A stretch of DNA of 64,000 nucleotides. Origin: Phoronis australis. Its lineage: Eukaryota > Animalia > Phoronida. The position numbers and the translations under genes were made by a program. The stretch is from the NCBI GenBank assembly GCA_002633005.1, contig NMRA01000460.1, positions 239,653 through 303,652 on the forward strand, read 5' to 3'. The notes beneath the pieces were generated by a model, which was not told the origin of the DNA, made no database searches, and was given only the letters and a program-made list of their open reading frames with translations. Shown here one piece after another: positions 13,447 to 24,786 of this stretch (positions within the stretch are counted from its first letter, which is position 1; every line of letters begins with the position of its first letter).

Positions 13447-13524
13447 GTACAAGACCAAGTCCTCAGTCAACAATAGCGGCAAGAACAACGGCGATACCGC
13501 TTAGGACTGCTCCACCTTCTGGAG
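13447..13524 (+). CDS. Gene A exon: Ser/Thr/Pro linker
   Basis: ttttaag|...GGAG|gtaatg, 78 bp, phase 1-1; TRPSPQSTIAARTTAIPLRTAPPSG. Confidence 0.75.
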
Positions 13525-13560
13525 GTAATGAGCAAACTATATAGCAAATAAAACAAAGAG

Positions 13561-13825
13561 TGTTGTGTATTTTTCTTTGTCAAATAAAGTAGACATTCCA
13601 TGAACTATGCAGTGAAGCGAACAGAATTGAACTGAACACTGAACTGATTTATTCTACATATCACAACAATACATATACACACAACTACATAACAACATAT
13701 GATGCGTTACCTATGACACACTTCCTATACTAGGAATCGCATGACATAATGCCAATTAAACTACTAAACTCATAAACAATAACAACCTACAAACATCCTG
13801 TTATTGTGTGACTAAGTACACAACA
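13561..13825 (-). repeat. Gypsy 3' LTR
   Basis: TGTTGTGT...ACACAACA; direct repeat of 18864-19128. Confidence 0.97.
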
Positions 13826-13917
13826 CTCTTCCTCACTAAATATAAAGTAGGCTCCTGTCAGTGTTAAGAAAATAAACTAATCAAGTTCACTACATCAATT
13901 ACATGCACACTAACATA

Positions 13918-16316
13918 TTAGTCATCATATCCAAATCTAACAGGTTGTTTTCTATTCCTTGTTGATCTTCTTAATTCAACATTAGGTTTCTCAGTAACAT
14001 CTGATTCAACAACTCTCTCTTCCAATTGACTCATTTTACTGTCAACAAATTCTCTGTCATCATTTCCAGACACCAATTGTTTACTACAAGTGTCACTATC
14101 AATTACTGGTACATCACTGTTATGGTTAGACTCTTCAAGACTAACATCTGGAAACACTTCATCATTGACAGTTGGAATAACAACATGGTCAGGCTTGACA
14201 CTTTCACAATCAGCTGATTCACCAACATCAGATTTGAAACTTCTATGCAATAATTGATCAACATGTCTTTTCCACACTCCACTGTTAACTTGTACCTCAT
14301 ATATCAGAGAACCAAGTTTACATGTAAACAATACCTGGTATCCACTTCTCTTTACCAATGTAATTTCTCGCATGTACATTATCACCAACATTAAAGACTC
14401 TCACATGAGAACCTCTACTTTTGTCTTCCATAATTTTGTATAACTTCTCCGCCATTTGATTTTGGAAATCAGGTTTCACCAAATATAAACGATTTCTTAG
14501 ACGTCTCTTCATGAACAGCATTGCTGGTGTTTCATTTGTGGTATTGTGCGGCGCATTTCTATATGCTAACAACAAATTCTCCAATTTGTTTTGAATCGAA
14601 CCGCTTTCAGGTTTTGCAGCTTTCAATCCTTGCTTTAATGAATGTACAAATCTTTCAGCTTAACCATTAGTAGATGGATGAAATGGTGGATTTAATTTAT
14701 GATTGATCCCTTTTTCACTTACAAATCTCTTAAATTCCCCGGAAGTGAACTGTGGACCATTGTCCGAAACTAAGATCTTTGGAAATCCATATCTACTAAA
14801 CAATGAATTGAGAATACTGATCGTTTTCCCACTTGTAGTTCGCTTCATGATAAAAACCTCTGGCCATTTAGAAAATGCATCTACCACTATGAAAAACATT
14901 TTGTTTTCGTAGGGTCCTGCAAAATCTATATGAATACGCTCCCATGGTTGAGAACTTGGTATCCATGGATGTAATGGTGCTTGCGTTGGATTGTTTCGGA
15001 TGAGTTGACAAGACTCGCAATTTCTTGCAGTTTGCTCTATGGATTTGTCCAAGTTTGGCCACCATACATATGAACGAGCAACAGCTTTCATTTTCACAAC
15101 CCCAATATGTCCGAAATGCAATTCATTTAACACCTTATTTCTACATTTTGGCGGTATTATTACTCTTAATCCCCAAAATAAACATCCATTTTCTATTGTA
15201 AGCTCATTTCTCCTGTAGAAAAAAGGCTTCAATACTTCATCAGTTTCTGACAATTTCTTTGGCCAACCATCAATGGTATACCTCATAACTCTTGATAAAA
15301 CAGGATCATTCCGCGTTTCCCGTTTTATAAGGTTATTTTCCACAGGCAAAATATCAATATGGAATACCTGAGCATAAGTTGGCTCATATTCATTTTCAGC
15401 TTGTTGACAATCTTCAGCTGGTAATCTAGATAAACAGTCCGCGTTGGCGTTGGATGTGCTATTACGAAATTTGATATCGTAGTTGAATCCAGACAAATAC
15501 ATTGCCCATCTTTGCATTCTTTCTGCGGCTAAAATAGGTCGGTTTGGACCAAAAATCGCAACAAGTGGTTTGTTGTCAGTAATCAGTGTAAATTTCCGAC
15601 CATGCAAATACGGATAGAACCGTTTCATAGCAAAGATTATCGCCAATGCTTCCCTTTCAATTTGAGGGCATTTCCTCTCTGTTTTACTCAGGCTACATGA
15701 AGCAAATTGAAACGGTCTTTCTTCACCATCTACAATGTGCGACAATACCGCACCTACACCTTCAGAAGATGCATCTGTTGCCACGGTTACTGGTAATTCT
15801 GAGTGAAAATAAACCAGGAATCCAGATTCTTTCAATGCGTTTTTTGACTTTTGAAAAGCTTTTTTTAGCTTTGGCTGTCCACCTAAACTTAGTGGATTTC
15901 TGCAACATTGCAGTCAACGGCGCAATAACTGGACATATCTCTTATGTAGGGTCTGTAGTAATTTAGAAGACCCAAATAACTTCTTAGACCAGACACATCT
16001 TTTGGTAATGGCATGTTCATAATCAAATCGACCTTTTTCTTAAATTGATGAACTCCAGTTTTGTCAATAACGTGGCCCAAATACTCTACTGAATCCTTCA
16101 TGAATTCACATTTGGATTTTCTCAATCTCAACCCATATTCTTTCAATCGATCTAGAACTTTGTCTAAATTTTTCAAAATGCTCTTCGTAAGATTTACCTG
16201 TAACCAATATGTCATCCAGGTAAACTTGTACTCCTGACAAGCCTTGTAACACTTGTTCAACTGCATTTTGCCACAGAGAGGGGGCACTAGTGATTCCGAA
16301 AACAAGACGATTCTTA
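13918..16316 (-). pseudogene. pol: Gypsy pol C-terminal part: RT, RNase H, integrase (frameshifts; stop at 14660)
   Basis: NRLVFGITSAPSLWQ, VYLDDILVTG, YLGHVI, TDASSEGVGAVL, IEREALAIIF, TDNKPL, HHCC zinc finger, RIHIDFAGP, VDAFSKWPEV, SDNGPQF, HPSTNG*AERFV. Confidence 0.95.
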
Positions 16317-16322
16317 GTGAAC

Positions 16323-17163
16323 TATGGCGTGTTATGTGTTGCAAAATTCAATGTTCAAAAAATTAGGTTTGATGTAATTATGTGTATTCGATACCTTATA
16401 TTTATATTTGATCTTATAGTATGTACATTTGATGTCAAAATATTTGTATTCCATAATGAAAATACTTATGTGCGATAACTTAGTTTTTTTGTTCGATGTT
16501 TCATTTTATATGTTCGATGTTTCGTTTTATGTGTTCGATGTTTCTTTTGATATGTTCAATAACGGAATTATGGGTATTATGAAACGACGTCCCTGATTGG
16601 TTCCTGGAATTAAATAAATGGCGGCTACCGAAGAAGAGTTGGTTCCTCATTTTTTCGACAATTTAGCCCATTTCATTGATATTTGTGAACACGAATTCAG
16701 TTCATGCGATTCAGAGGTGGTTAATGATGCTATGCAACAGATAGATGCCTATTTATACGCCCTTAAGTCCATTGACGAGCGATTTCGCGAGGAACTCGGT
16801 TCTGACCCTAACCAGCCAACAACAAACCAAGCCCAGGGTGAGTCAACGAGTTCCACTACGCGCGGGTAAATAACGTCTCAACACAGCTGACCAATCACAG
16901 CCGTCGTTTCAATTTACCGAGAGTTCCATTATCGAATGTAACCGGAAAACATCGAACAGAAATTTTCAAAACATTGAATACATATAATCTTATGAAACAT
17001 AAATGTAGATAACATTGAATATAAGATCAAATATAAATATAAATGTAAGAAGATCAAATATAAATATAAGAAGATCAAATATAAATATAAGATATCCAAT
17101 ACATATAACTACATCAAACCTATTTTTTTGAACATTGAAATTTGCAACACATAACACACCATA
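16323..17163 (+). mobile_element. Non-autonomous IS3EU-like DNA transposon nested in the Gypsy RT
   Basis: Long TIRs TATGGCGTGTTATGTGTTGCAAA.../...TTTGCAACACATAACACACCATA; 6-bp TSD GTGAAC; subterminal ~21-bp TATATTTGATCTT repeats; removal restores RT GLFTKNRLVFG; TAY termini with 6-bp TSD fit IS3EU as I recall its definition. Confidence 0.8.
16618..16869 (+). CDS. Short ORF / putative first exon carried by the IS3EU-like element
   Basis: aaATGGCGGC start; MAATEEELVPHFFDNLAHFIDICEHEFSSCD...; strong donor G|GTGAGT at 16837/16838. Confidence 0.45.
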   Translation: MAATEEELVPHFFDNLAHFIDICEHEFSSCDSEVVNDAMQQIDAYLYALKSIDERFREELGSDPNQPTTNQAQGESTSSTTRG

Positions 17164-17169
17164 GTGAAC

Positions 17170-18810
17170 AACCCTTTGTGTCGCAATTGTCAAATACTTT
17201 TTTGATTCGTCAGTAAGCTCCATTTGATTGTACGCATGAGCTAGATCCAATTTCGAAAAACTGACCCCTCCTCTCAAATTATCCAAAATTTCCTCAATAT
17301 TGATATTGGGGGGTTCCACCTGTTTGAGATTCGGATTTACAGTAGTTTTGTAATTTCCACATATTCTCACAGAACCATCAGATTTCTGAACAGTGACAAT
17401 GCTTGTGCTCCAATCACTATGTTCATCAGGTGTAAGAACGCCACATTTAACTAGTCTATCTAGTTCTTCATCAACTTTCGGTTTGACCGCAAATGACACC
17501 CTATATGGTTTACTTCTTACAGGAATGCTCCCTTCCTTCAACTGAACATCGGCCTTAATATTCTTCAAAGTGCCTAATTTGTTTTCAAATAAATCTCTAT
17601 GTTTGTTTAACACTAGCTCAAGTGAATGAACTCTGTTGACAGACAGCACATGTTTCCTATTAGACAGTAAGTCACACCAATTGAGTTTCAGATGAGTTAA
17701 CCATGACCTGCCTAGTAAATTATGTTTACACTGCGTGACAACATGCAACCACAGATCACAGGACTGATCTTCGTACTGGACATTTACAAGAAACTTACCT
17801 ACAGGTTTAACAATCTCACCCGTGAAACTTGTAAACACTCGCTTAGATGGCTTCAATTCACTTTGGTTTTCAAACAGACTTACATACAAATCATATGGTA
17901 TGACGGAGTCATGGCTGCCAGTGTCCATTTCCATCTCTAGATAATGACCACCAACATTTAGTGTCACGTAGATAGCGTCATCTGTTCCCGTGTTATTTAC
18001 GCTATATTTTGTATCGCTGTCCTCGCTGTCGTTTGGGTCGCCTCCAGCTTGGAGTATACGTCTCGTGCTAGGCTGTCTCCCACATGCAACTTTAATGTGC
18101 CCCTTTTTCTTACACTTGTGACACGTTGAATTCTTGAACCAACATTCATCCGGATGGTGTGAGGGCTTGGCACATCTGTAGCACTCTGTACTGGTTTTCC
18201 CCTTTGGTCTTGCCTTTGGATTGTCAACTCGCCTGCTTTCCTGGTCCCAATTTTTCCTTTTGGCCTTTACCACCTTTACGTCAGTGGAACCTATTTCACC
18301 TTTCATAGTTTTGTTTTCCATGAAAGTATTTTCTCTGGCTAAGGCGAACTCGACAGTTTCATTAAAGGTCAGTTCCTTTTCCCTTGACTTCTCAAGTAAC
18401 TTTAGCGAAGTCTGCTCATTAACAATTCCGCTAATAAGTCTGTCCCTCAATTGCTCGTCCAGTTTATCACCAAACTTGCAGGTAAGAGTGAGGTGTTTGA
18501 GCGCGACTACATAGTCCGTAATCGACTCACCTCTATTTTGGTCTCATTTGATAAACTTTCTCCTTTCCGCAATTGTCAGTCGTGGTCCTGCCAAGTGTTT
18601 CGTCAGAGTTTCCTTTAACTCTACGTATGTTTTCTGGTTGGGTTTGGCTGGGCTGACCAGATCCCGTACAATTCCATAATGCTTCTTGCCAATAGAATGC
18701 AAGAACATTGCTGCCACTTGCTTCTTCGGGAAATCTGTTTCCCCATTCGCTTGTAGAAACAGTTCAAATCTTTCCAAGTAGCATTCCCACTCCTCGCTAC
18801 CATCATATTC
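17170..18810 (-). pseudogene. gag-pol: Gypsy gag-protease-RT N-terminal part (stop at 18544)
   Basis: WECYLERFELFLQAN; LRDRLISGI; two CCHC knuckles CYRCAKPSHHPDEC and CHKCKKKGHIKVAC; protease MEMDTGS, LLGRSWL; RT KSDGSVRICG, FSKLDLAHAYNQ. Confidence 0.93.
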
Positions 18811-18852
18811 ACTGGAAAACGGGGGCAGGTAACTTTGTGAGCTCGCAGTTAT

Positions 18853-18862
18853 CTCGTCGCCA
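18853..18862 (-). promoter_or_regulatory. Primer-binding site, probably tRNA-Ser(GCT)
   Basis: TGGCGACGAG immediately inside the 5' LTR, complementary to the 3' end ...CUCGUCGCCA. Confidence 0.75.
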
Positions 18863-18863
18863 C

Positions 18864-19128
18864 TGTTGTGTATCTTACTTTGTCAAATAAAGTAGACACT
18901 CCATGAACTATGCAGTGAAACGAACAGAATTGAACTGAACACTGAACTGATTTATTCTACATATCCCAACAATATATATAGGCACAACTACATAACAACA
19001 TATGATGCGTTACCTATGACACACTTCCTATACTAGGAATCGCATGACATAATACCAATTAAACTACTAAACTCATAAACAATAACAACCTACAAACATC
19101 CTGTTATTGTGTGACTAAGCACACAACA
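18864..19128 (-). repeat. Gypsy 5' LTR
   Basis: Direct repeat of 13561-13825; followed on the minus strand by the PBS. Confidence 0.97.
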
Positions 19129-19591
19129 AAGAGGTCAGGCAAAATGAGAGTGTGACAAATTTCCCAGTTTCGCCTGTTCAAACTAGTGACATTTTTGTCA
19201 AAGTAACTGCGCCTTTTCACTGCGTCATTTGCTCAAATGAGCTCACTTTGTCACAGAGATCAGATCGCAACACCTTCTCATCAAAAACTATACATGTCGT
19301 AGGAATCATTACTTCGCGATTTCGCTTAAATATAGTTCAATGAAGAGACATTTCACAAGTAAGGGAAGAACAAGAGATAAAACGTTGTTATCATAAACAG
19401 AAATGGCCACCTGGGATTGCTTTTGAAGACCGCATGTGGTTACACGTGGAGAGAGCTGTGGCCAGATACAAGTAAGATGATGCACGCTACTGTAATGGCT
19501 TATAAAGAAAATGAACTCCCTGAAGCACATCTTTGTTAACAACGTCTTCTGAACATGTATTATCTTTTTTGATTGTTTATTCCTCGGCCAG

Positions 19592-19784
19592 CTTGCAATA
19601 CTCCTCTGATGCAAACGGGAGCTGTGCAGGACCACCAGATATCGTCATCTGGCCACGTTGCAGAGTGCCCTAGGTCCCATGCCAGATTAAACAGCCGAAA
19701 GAACGTCAATGGATCACCCTCGTGCTACGCGTGGTGTACGATGTCTCTTAGCGATCCATGGATTAACGTGAATTTCGACATCAG
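19592..19784 (+). CDS. Gene A exon: F5/8 type C (discoidin) domain, N-terminal part
   Basis: ggccag|CTTGC...CAG|gtgaat; CNTPLMQTGAVQDHQISSSG...HARLN...AWC...PWINVNF matches the FA58C pattern (C..PL...I.D.QI.ASS, ARL, AW, WLqVD). Confidence 0.9.
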
Positions 19785-20148
19785 GTGAATAGACGATTTC
19801 CATATGCAACTTCAAACAGGCACGTTTGTATGAAATTAGTTAACCGTGCACTCGTTTGAGTCAGAAAGTCTGGTACACGATTTTGCTTTGACAACCAAGT
19901 CATGACGTTTGTTATGAAAAGGGTTTGCAATTAAAAGCCAGGTGTAACTCCGTATTCAAACTTACACGGTCACTTCGCGGACCGGTTTAATGAAATAAGC
20001 AGAAAGTGTGGGAGATAAACGTTTTGGAATTCTACTAGTTGACATTCTTCGAGCACTCCCGATGGAATTATTTTAGCTTATCTTTTAAAGCCACCAACCC
20101 GAGAAAGTTCTTAGACACGAATCAAATTAAGTATTTCAAACTTTTCAG

Positions 20149-20278
20149 ATACCGAATTACGGCTGTCAAGGTTCAAGGACGCGGTGATAAAAATTATCAC
20201 TTAAATACGTATGCACTAAAGTACAGTAACAATGGCCGCTACTGGAGTTTGTACCTGGACAGGACGAGAGATTCAACG
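20149..20278 (+). CDS. Gene A exon: F5/8 type C domain, middle part
   Basis: ttttcag|A TAC...ACG|gtaagt; YRITAVKVQGRGDKNYHLNTYALKYSNNGRYWSLY matches ItgvxTQGR...YxlxYSxDGxxW; in frame with the previous exon (phase 2). Confidence 0.9.
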
Positions 20279-20431
20279 GTAAGTCGAAAGGATTTGTTCA
20301 TGTCTGGTATTGCGATGCACGTCAACACACCGATTCACGCACTGAATGAGAATAAAGGTGCGACTTGCAAATATGAAAAATCAGAGTTTGTTTGAAATCT
20401 TTCGAGTTTGTTGGAGGGACATGGTGATCAC

Positions 20432-21417
20432 NNNNNNNNNNNNNNNNNNNNNNNNNNNNNNNNNNNNNNNNNNNNNNNNNNNNNNNNNNNNNNNNNNNNN
20501 NNNNNNNNNNNNNNNNNNNNNNNNNNNNNNNNNNNNNNNNNNNNNNNNNNNNNNNNNNNNNNNNNNNNNNNNNNNNNNNNNNNNNNNNNNNNNNNNNNNN
20601 NNNNNNNNNNNNNNNNNNNNNNNNNNNNNNNNNNNNNNNNNNNNNNNNNNNNNNNNNNNNNNNNNNNNNNNNNNNNNNNNNNNNNNNNNNNNNNNNNNNN
20701 NNNNNNNNNNNNNNNNNNNNNNNNNNNNNNNNNNNNNNNNNNNNNNNNNNNNNNNNNNNNNNNNNNNNNNNNNNNNNNNNNNNNNNNNNNNNNNNNNNNN
20801 NNNNNNNNNNNNNNNNNNNNNNNNNNNNNNNNNNNNNNNNNNNNNNNNNNNNNNNNNNNNNNNNNNNNNNNNNNNNNNNNNNNNNNNNNNNNNNNNNNNN
20901 NNNNNNNNNNNNNNNNNNNNNNNNNNNNNNNNNNNNNNNNNNNNNNNNNNNNNNNNNNNNNNNNNNNNNNNNNNNNNNNNNNNNNNNNNNNNNNNNNNNN
21001 NNNNNNNNNNNNNNNNNNNNNNNNNNNNNNNNNNNNNNNNNNNNNNNNNNNNNNNNNNNNNNNNNNNNNNNNNNNNNNNNNNNNNNNNNNNNNNNNNNNN
21101 NNNNNNNNNNNNNNNNNNNNNNNNNNNNNNNNNNNNNNNNNNNNNNNNNNNNNNNNNNNNNNNNNNNNNNNNNNNNNNNNNNNNNNNNNNNNNNNNNNNN
21201 NNNNNNNNNNNNNNNNNNNNNNNNNNNNNNNNNNNNNNNNNNNNNNNNNNNNNNNNNNNNNNNNNNNNNNNNNNNNNNNNNNNNNNNNNNNNNNNNNNNN
21301 NNNNNNNNNNNNNNNNNNNNNNNNNNNNNNNNNNNNNNNNNNNNNNNNNNNNNNNNNNNNNNNNNNNNNNNNNNNNNNNNNNNNNNNNNNNNNNNNNNNN
21401 NNNNNNNNNNNNNNNNN
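20432..21417. other. Assembly gap (may hide the last discoidin exon of gene A)
   Basis: Run of N. Confidence 1.
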
Positions 21418-21933
21418 CTGAAATTGTCTGGCAGTGACCAATTTTGATACAATGGATGACGTAGCAGGTATTGAAGGCAGTTTTAAGTGGTTACCAGAAA
21501 AGTTGATCTAGCTCAATTTTTTAGTGTAATTCTCTTGGCTCCCCTGACCACACCCACCAGAGCGAACCTGCCAGACGGCCATTTCCAAGCATCTGGATAC
21601 CCATAGAGCACTGTGGCACCAAAGAAAATTGGTTACCTTTTCATGCCCAAAAAAGCTCTGGGATCCCGGTCTATTACTGAAAACGTAGATTTGCCACTGG
21701 GGAATACTGTGTTTTGATCGCCGGACATTTCTATAGGTGAATAGTAAAATGACAATTCGCAAGCCTAATCGGAAATCACTTCAGCTTTATAAAGAAGCAG
21801 CACAACTGCCCTAAACGGGGCTTTAAAACTGAAGAAATATTGTGGTTTGAATAATAAGTGACAAATTTGCCTGTTGATGAAAAATTTATTCGAGCATGAA
21901 AGAGTAACAGTAACGGTCTTTTTACTGACAACA

Positions 21934-23700
21934 AGACAATCGATGGAGTCCCTGAATGTCATTTCTGCATAATGCATACCAAGTTGAAAAGTTTTTACCA
22001 TTAGTGTAAAGCCTTTCTTCTGAAAGGAAAAGTAAATGTCACTCAGTGAGAAAGGACAGGTATTTAACCAGATGCTTTTGGTTTTCATTTCACTGGGATC
22101 GAGTTTCAATGGCCTATAGAAGCGCTTGTAAAAAAGTCCAGTTTTGGCACGTGGCTTTCCTTCATGTAACCTCAGTCAGCCTCAGTAAATCCACAATTAG
22201 ATCCTTGAAGGTAAACACAACGTCATATCACTTGACTCGCACAAAATCTGACCCTGAACTAGACCAGAGTGTTCCTAGGTCGTCTTTAGCTTCAATCCCT
22301 CATGTTTCTTCCAGGAAAAGAAAAAAGCCATTGTCGTCCACACATAACTCATTGCCTATGAAAGGGCATCTCCACCAATGAAGCTGGCTGGTGTAGCAGT
22401 CAGATATAGTAGTTCCTCTTCACATACAAACAATCCACTGGTACATTTTCGTACGGTAACTTAGTACTGCGATTAACATTTCTCCAGGGCCACTGGCTTG
22501 TACAATGTGCCATGCAGCACTGCTGGTGTGTGGACGACATGCTGTGGGAAGAGAATGGAGTAACAAAGCTTGTCTATGTTGCAGCTTGAAGTGGCCTTAA
22601 AAATGTCACTGAACCTAAGTACGTCAGGTTGGGTAAAAATGTTTTTCAAAAATATGATACGGTAACTGCTTTACAATTTCACACAAAATTAATAATTGCT
22701 ACTTCCAGAAAGTAAGGGTGTATATATTATAATAAGTATTGATTTGTAAAGAACTTCGTCTTTATTTTTCATTCCTAGCCGTAACAATGCTTTAAACGCA
22801 TCACTTGTCTGCAAAATATGCAAGTTATTTGAGACAACTTCAAACCTTGGTTACCCATTTTCAAGCCTTTTGATTTTTGATACTTTCAGCATTTATAAAC
22901 ACCGTTTACAGATTCATGGGTCTGCCAAGCACACTTCTGGTCTAAGGTTGAGGGAATCGTTTCTCAGATATTTTTTATTTTTCTTTTAAAAGAGGATATG
23001 AAAACTTGGGTCACATAAAAATGATGGATAATTTTTCTGTTATTAAAGAGTAATTAAAAATGCTAGGGCGCCATTGTTTGCGTATTGGCAGAAAGAATAA
23101 TACGTTCAAATACGACCTCACTCGTATGTTCACATCAAAAATGAAATTTTCACAAAAATGACAGGCACATGAATTTATAATCGAATTGCAACATTTCAAG
23201 GCATGAGTTAAGACTGTTCAGTTATTGAGAATTCAGAGAATGTAATATATTTTTAGGGGTTTACAATGGATAGCTAAACAGTTTCATGAAACGTGAAAGA
23301 ACTTCACGAAGGTTAAGAATTACCTCACCATGCTCTTTCCCCAGACCCCATTATCTCTTATTTCCCCACATTCAGTTGCACCAAATTTTACAACCCCAAC
23401 CAGCTATGCCAACCTCCCGCTAAGGACCTGAATAAGTAAATTAACAAAACAACTTACATACTTTTCTTTAAAAAAATAGCTGTCCCTTTTCAAAGGCTTT
23501 GTTCATTTCCTCCGATATAGAAAGTAGACTTTGACAACAGATCTGCACTGAATAGGAAGATCTTGTTGGTTAACTGCCTGCAGTCAACTGCTTAAAACCA
23601 ATTTTCGTCCATTCGGAACGGTTGCGGAAGCGATGCATATCTCCTCTGCACGGTACTGGCCCTTTAAACTAAAAGCCGAAGGTCAGGTGAAAACAGACAT
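21934..23700 (-). pseudogene. Degenerate intron-containing YqaJ/lambda-exonuclease-like gene (ISL2EU-like remnant), copy 1
   Basis: Minus-strand fragments AVLHGT...ALEK...ELLYLTATP..LVG, LVQGQIL, VFTFKDLIVD...HVPKLDFF; direct repeat of 39601-41256. Confidence 0.65.
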
Positions 23701-23771
23701 GATACATTTCCATGTCAACGTGTAATAGATTTCCGGGCGACATAGGATAGGGTTTAAACAAATAGTCTAAA

Positions 23772-23945
23772 GGGCCTTTCATACTAACGTCGACGCGTCG
23801 ATGGTTTGGGGAGTTGCGGTCAGTATGAACGCTTAACTCCGGTCCTAGATCGCAGTTAACAGCTCCACTTACATCGCAGTTAATAGGTGGATTTAAGACC
23901 GCAGCGTCGACGCTGCGGTGCAGTATGAACGCTTAATTCCGGTCC
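23772..23945. mobile_element. Truncated Harbinger-like MITE end
   Basis: taaa|GGGCCTTTCATACT start; internal repeated GCGGT(G)CAGTATGAACGCTTAA and CGTCGACG palindromes. Confidence 0.5.
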
Positions 23946-23993
23946 AATCGAAGTTATCACAAGAAGGCACTGCAATCGTCAACAAAGGCAGTC

Positions 23994-24786
23994 GTATCTA
24001 TTATTGAATTTGCCGCTTTGCTCGAACCCACATGGTAGGCAATCGGCCAATACCCATTTGGTATTATATACTTATTTGGTACGCCTGTGCCACTTCGTAT
24101 CCGATACTCAATTACACATTGGGTGTCGCAAATGTGTGTGTTATCTCTTGCAATTAAAGGAGATGCCACCCAAAAAACAACCTAATTAGTATCAATTTAG
24201 ACTGAGTAGGTCTACTCCATAACGGCACGTATCGTTGCGTTACCTGACACCTGACAGCAGACGGAGGTGTTGAAATTATCCAATTACGTAATTAGTTTCA
24301 CACGCAATCTGTTCAGCAGTTCACAACACGGGTTACTGGTGTCAGCTTATCGCTTGAATTCCTCGTTTAACAGCAATAAATCATCAAACGTCGATGTAAA
24401 ACCCTTAAAAATACACCGAGTTCTTATAAAAACATGTTGCTTTATTTCGCTGTTACGGATTTATTTGTATTTGGACATACCGTAGCCTCCAAAGTTCGGC
24501 AGGCCAAAAAGGTCCGTAGCAGGAGTTTGGGGTCTGTTTGGAGACAAATTCGAAGTATTTTCCGTGAGAAACAGACAGGATAACCTAGATCCGTGTTCAG
24601 ACTTGTGATTTTTTGAGTTCTAAACACACAAAACGCTTGCTATCCTGGCCAGTACCTCGGAGCCCGATCAGGCCCGTCGCGGCTGGTCGGATTGACTCGT
24701 CATCCCGGCCAGTGGCTCGGAAACTGATCAGACATCACGAACATAAACCAGCCAAAGTTGGAAACTAAACTTCCAGTCAAGAAAAT
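23994..24786. repeat. Inverted duplicate of 36377-37170 (spans a TTAA/AGG Kolobok-like end plus its flank)
   Basis: Near-identical reverse complement (roughly 95-97% by eye); explains the twin ORFs at 24442/36536 and 23957/36935. Confidence 0.93.

Larger units (their letters stand above)
13561..19128 (-). mobile_element. Full-length Ty3/Gypsy LTR retrotransposon (Mag-type), inactive
   Basis: 265-bp LTRs TG...CA at 13561-13825 and 18864-19128 (about 10 mismatches by eye); 5-bp TSD AAGAG; PBS TGGCGACGAG; PPT next to 13826; gag-PR-RT-RH-IN order. Confidence 0.97.

Noticed and set aside
16990-17169. Hydrophobic IFIFDLL-repeat tail on the 486-aa ORF as a membrane anchor or env
   Set aside because: It is read-through into the subterminal repeats of the nested DNA transposon
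16317-17169. CACTA/EnSpm assignment for the nested element
   Set aside because: CACTA appears at one end only; the CAC belongs to the GTGAAC target duplication
20179-20190. RGD motif in the discoidin exon as an integrin ligand
   Set aside because: Overlaps the conserved QGR motif; a chance tripeptide with no further support
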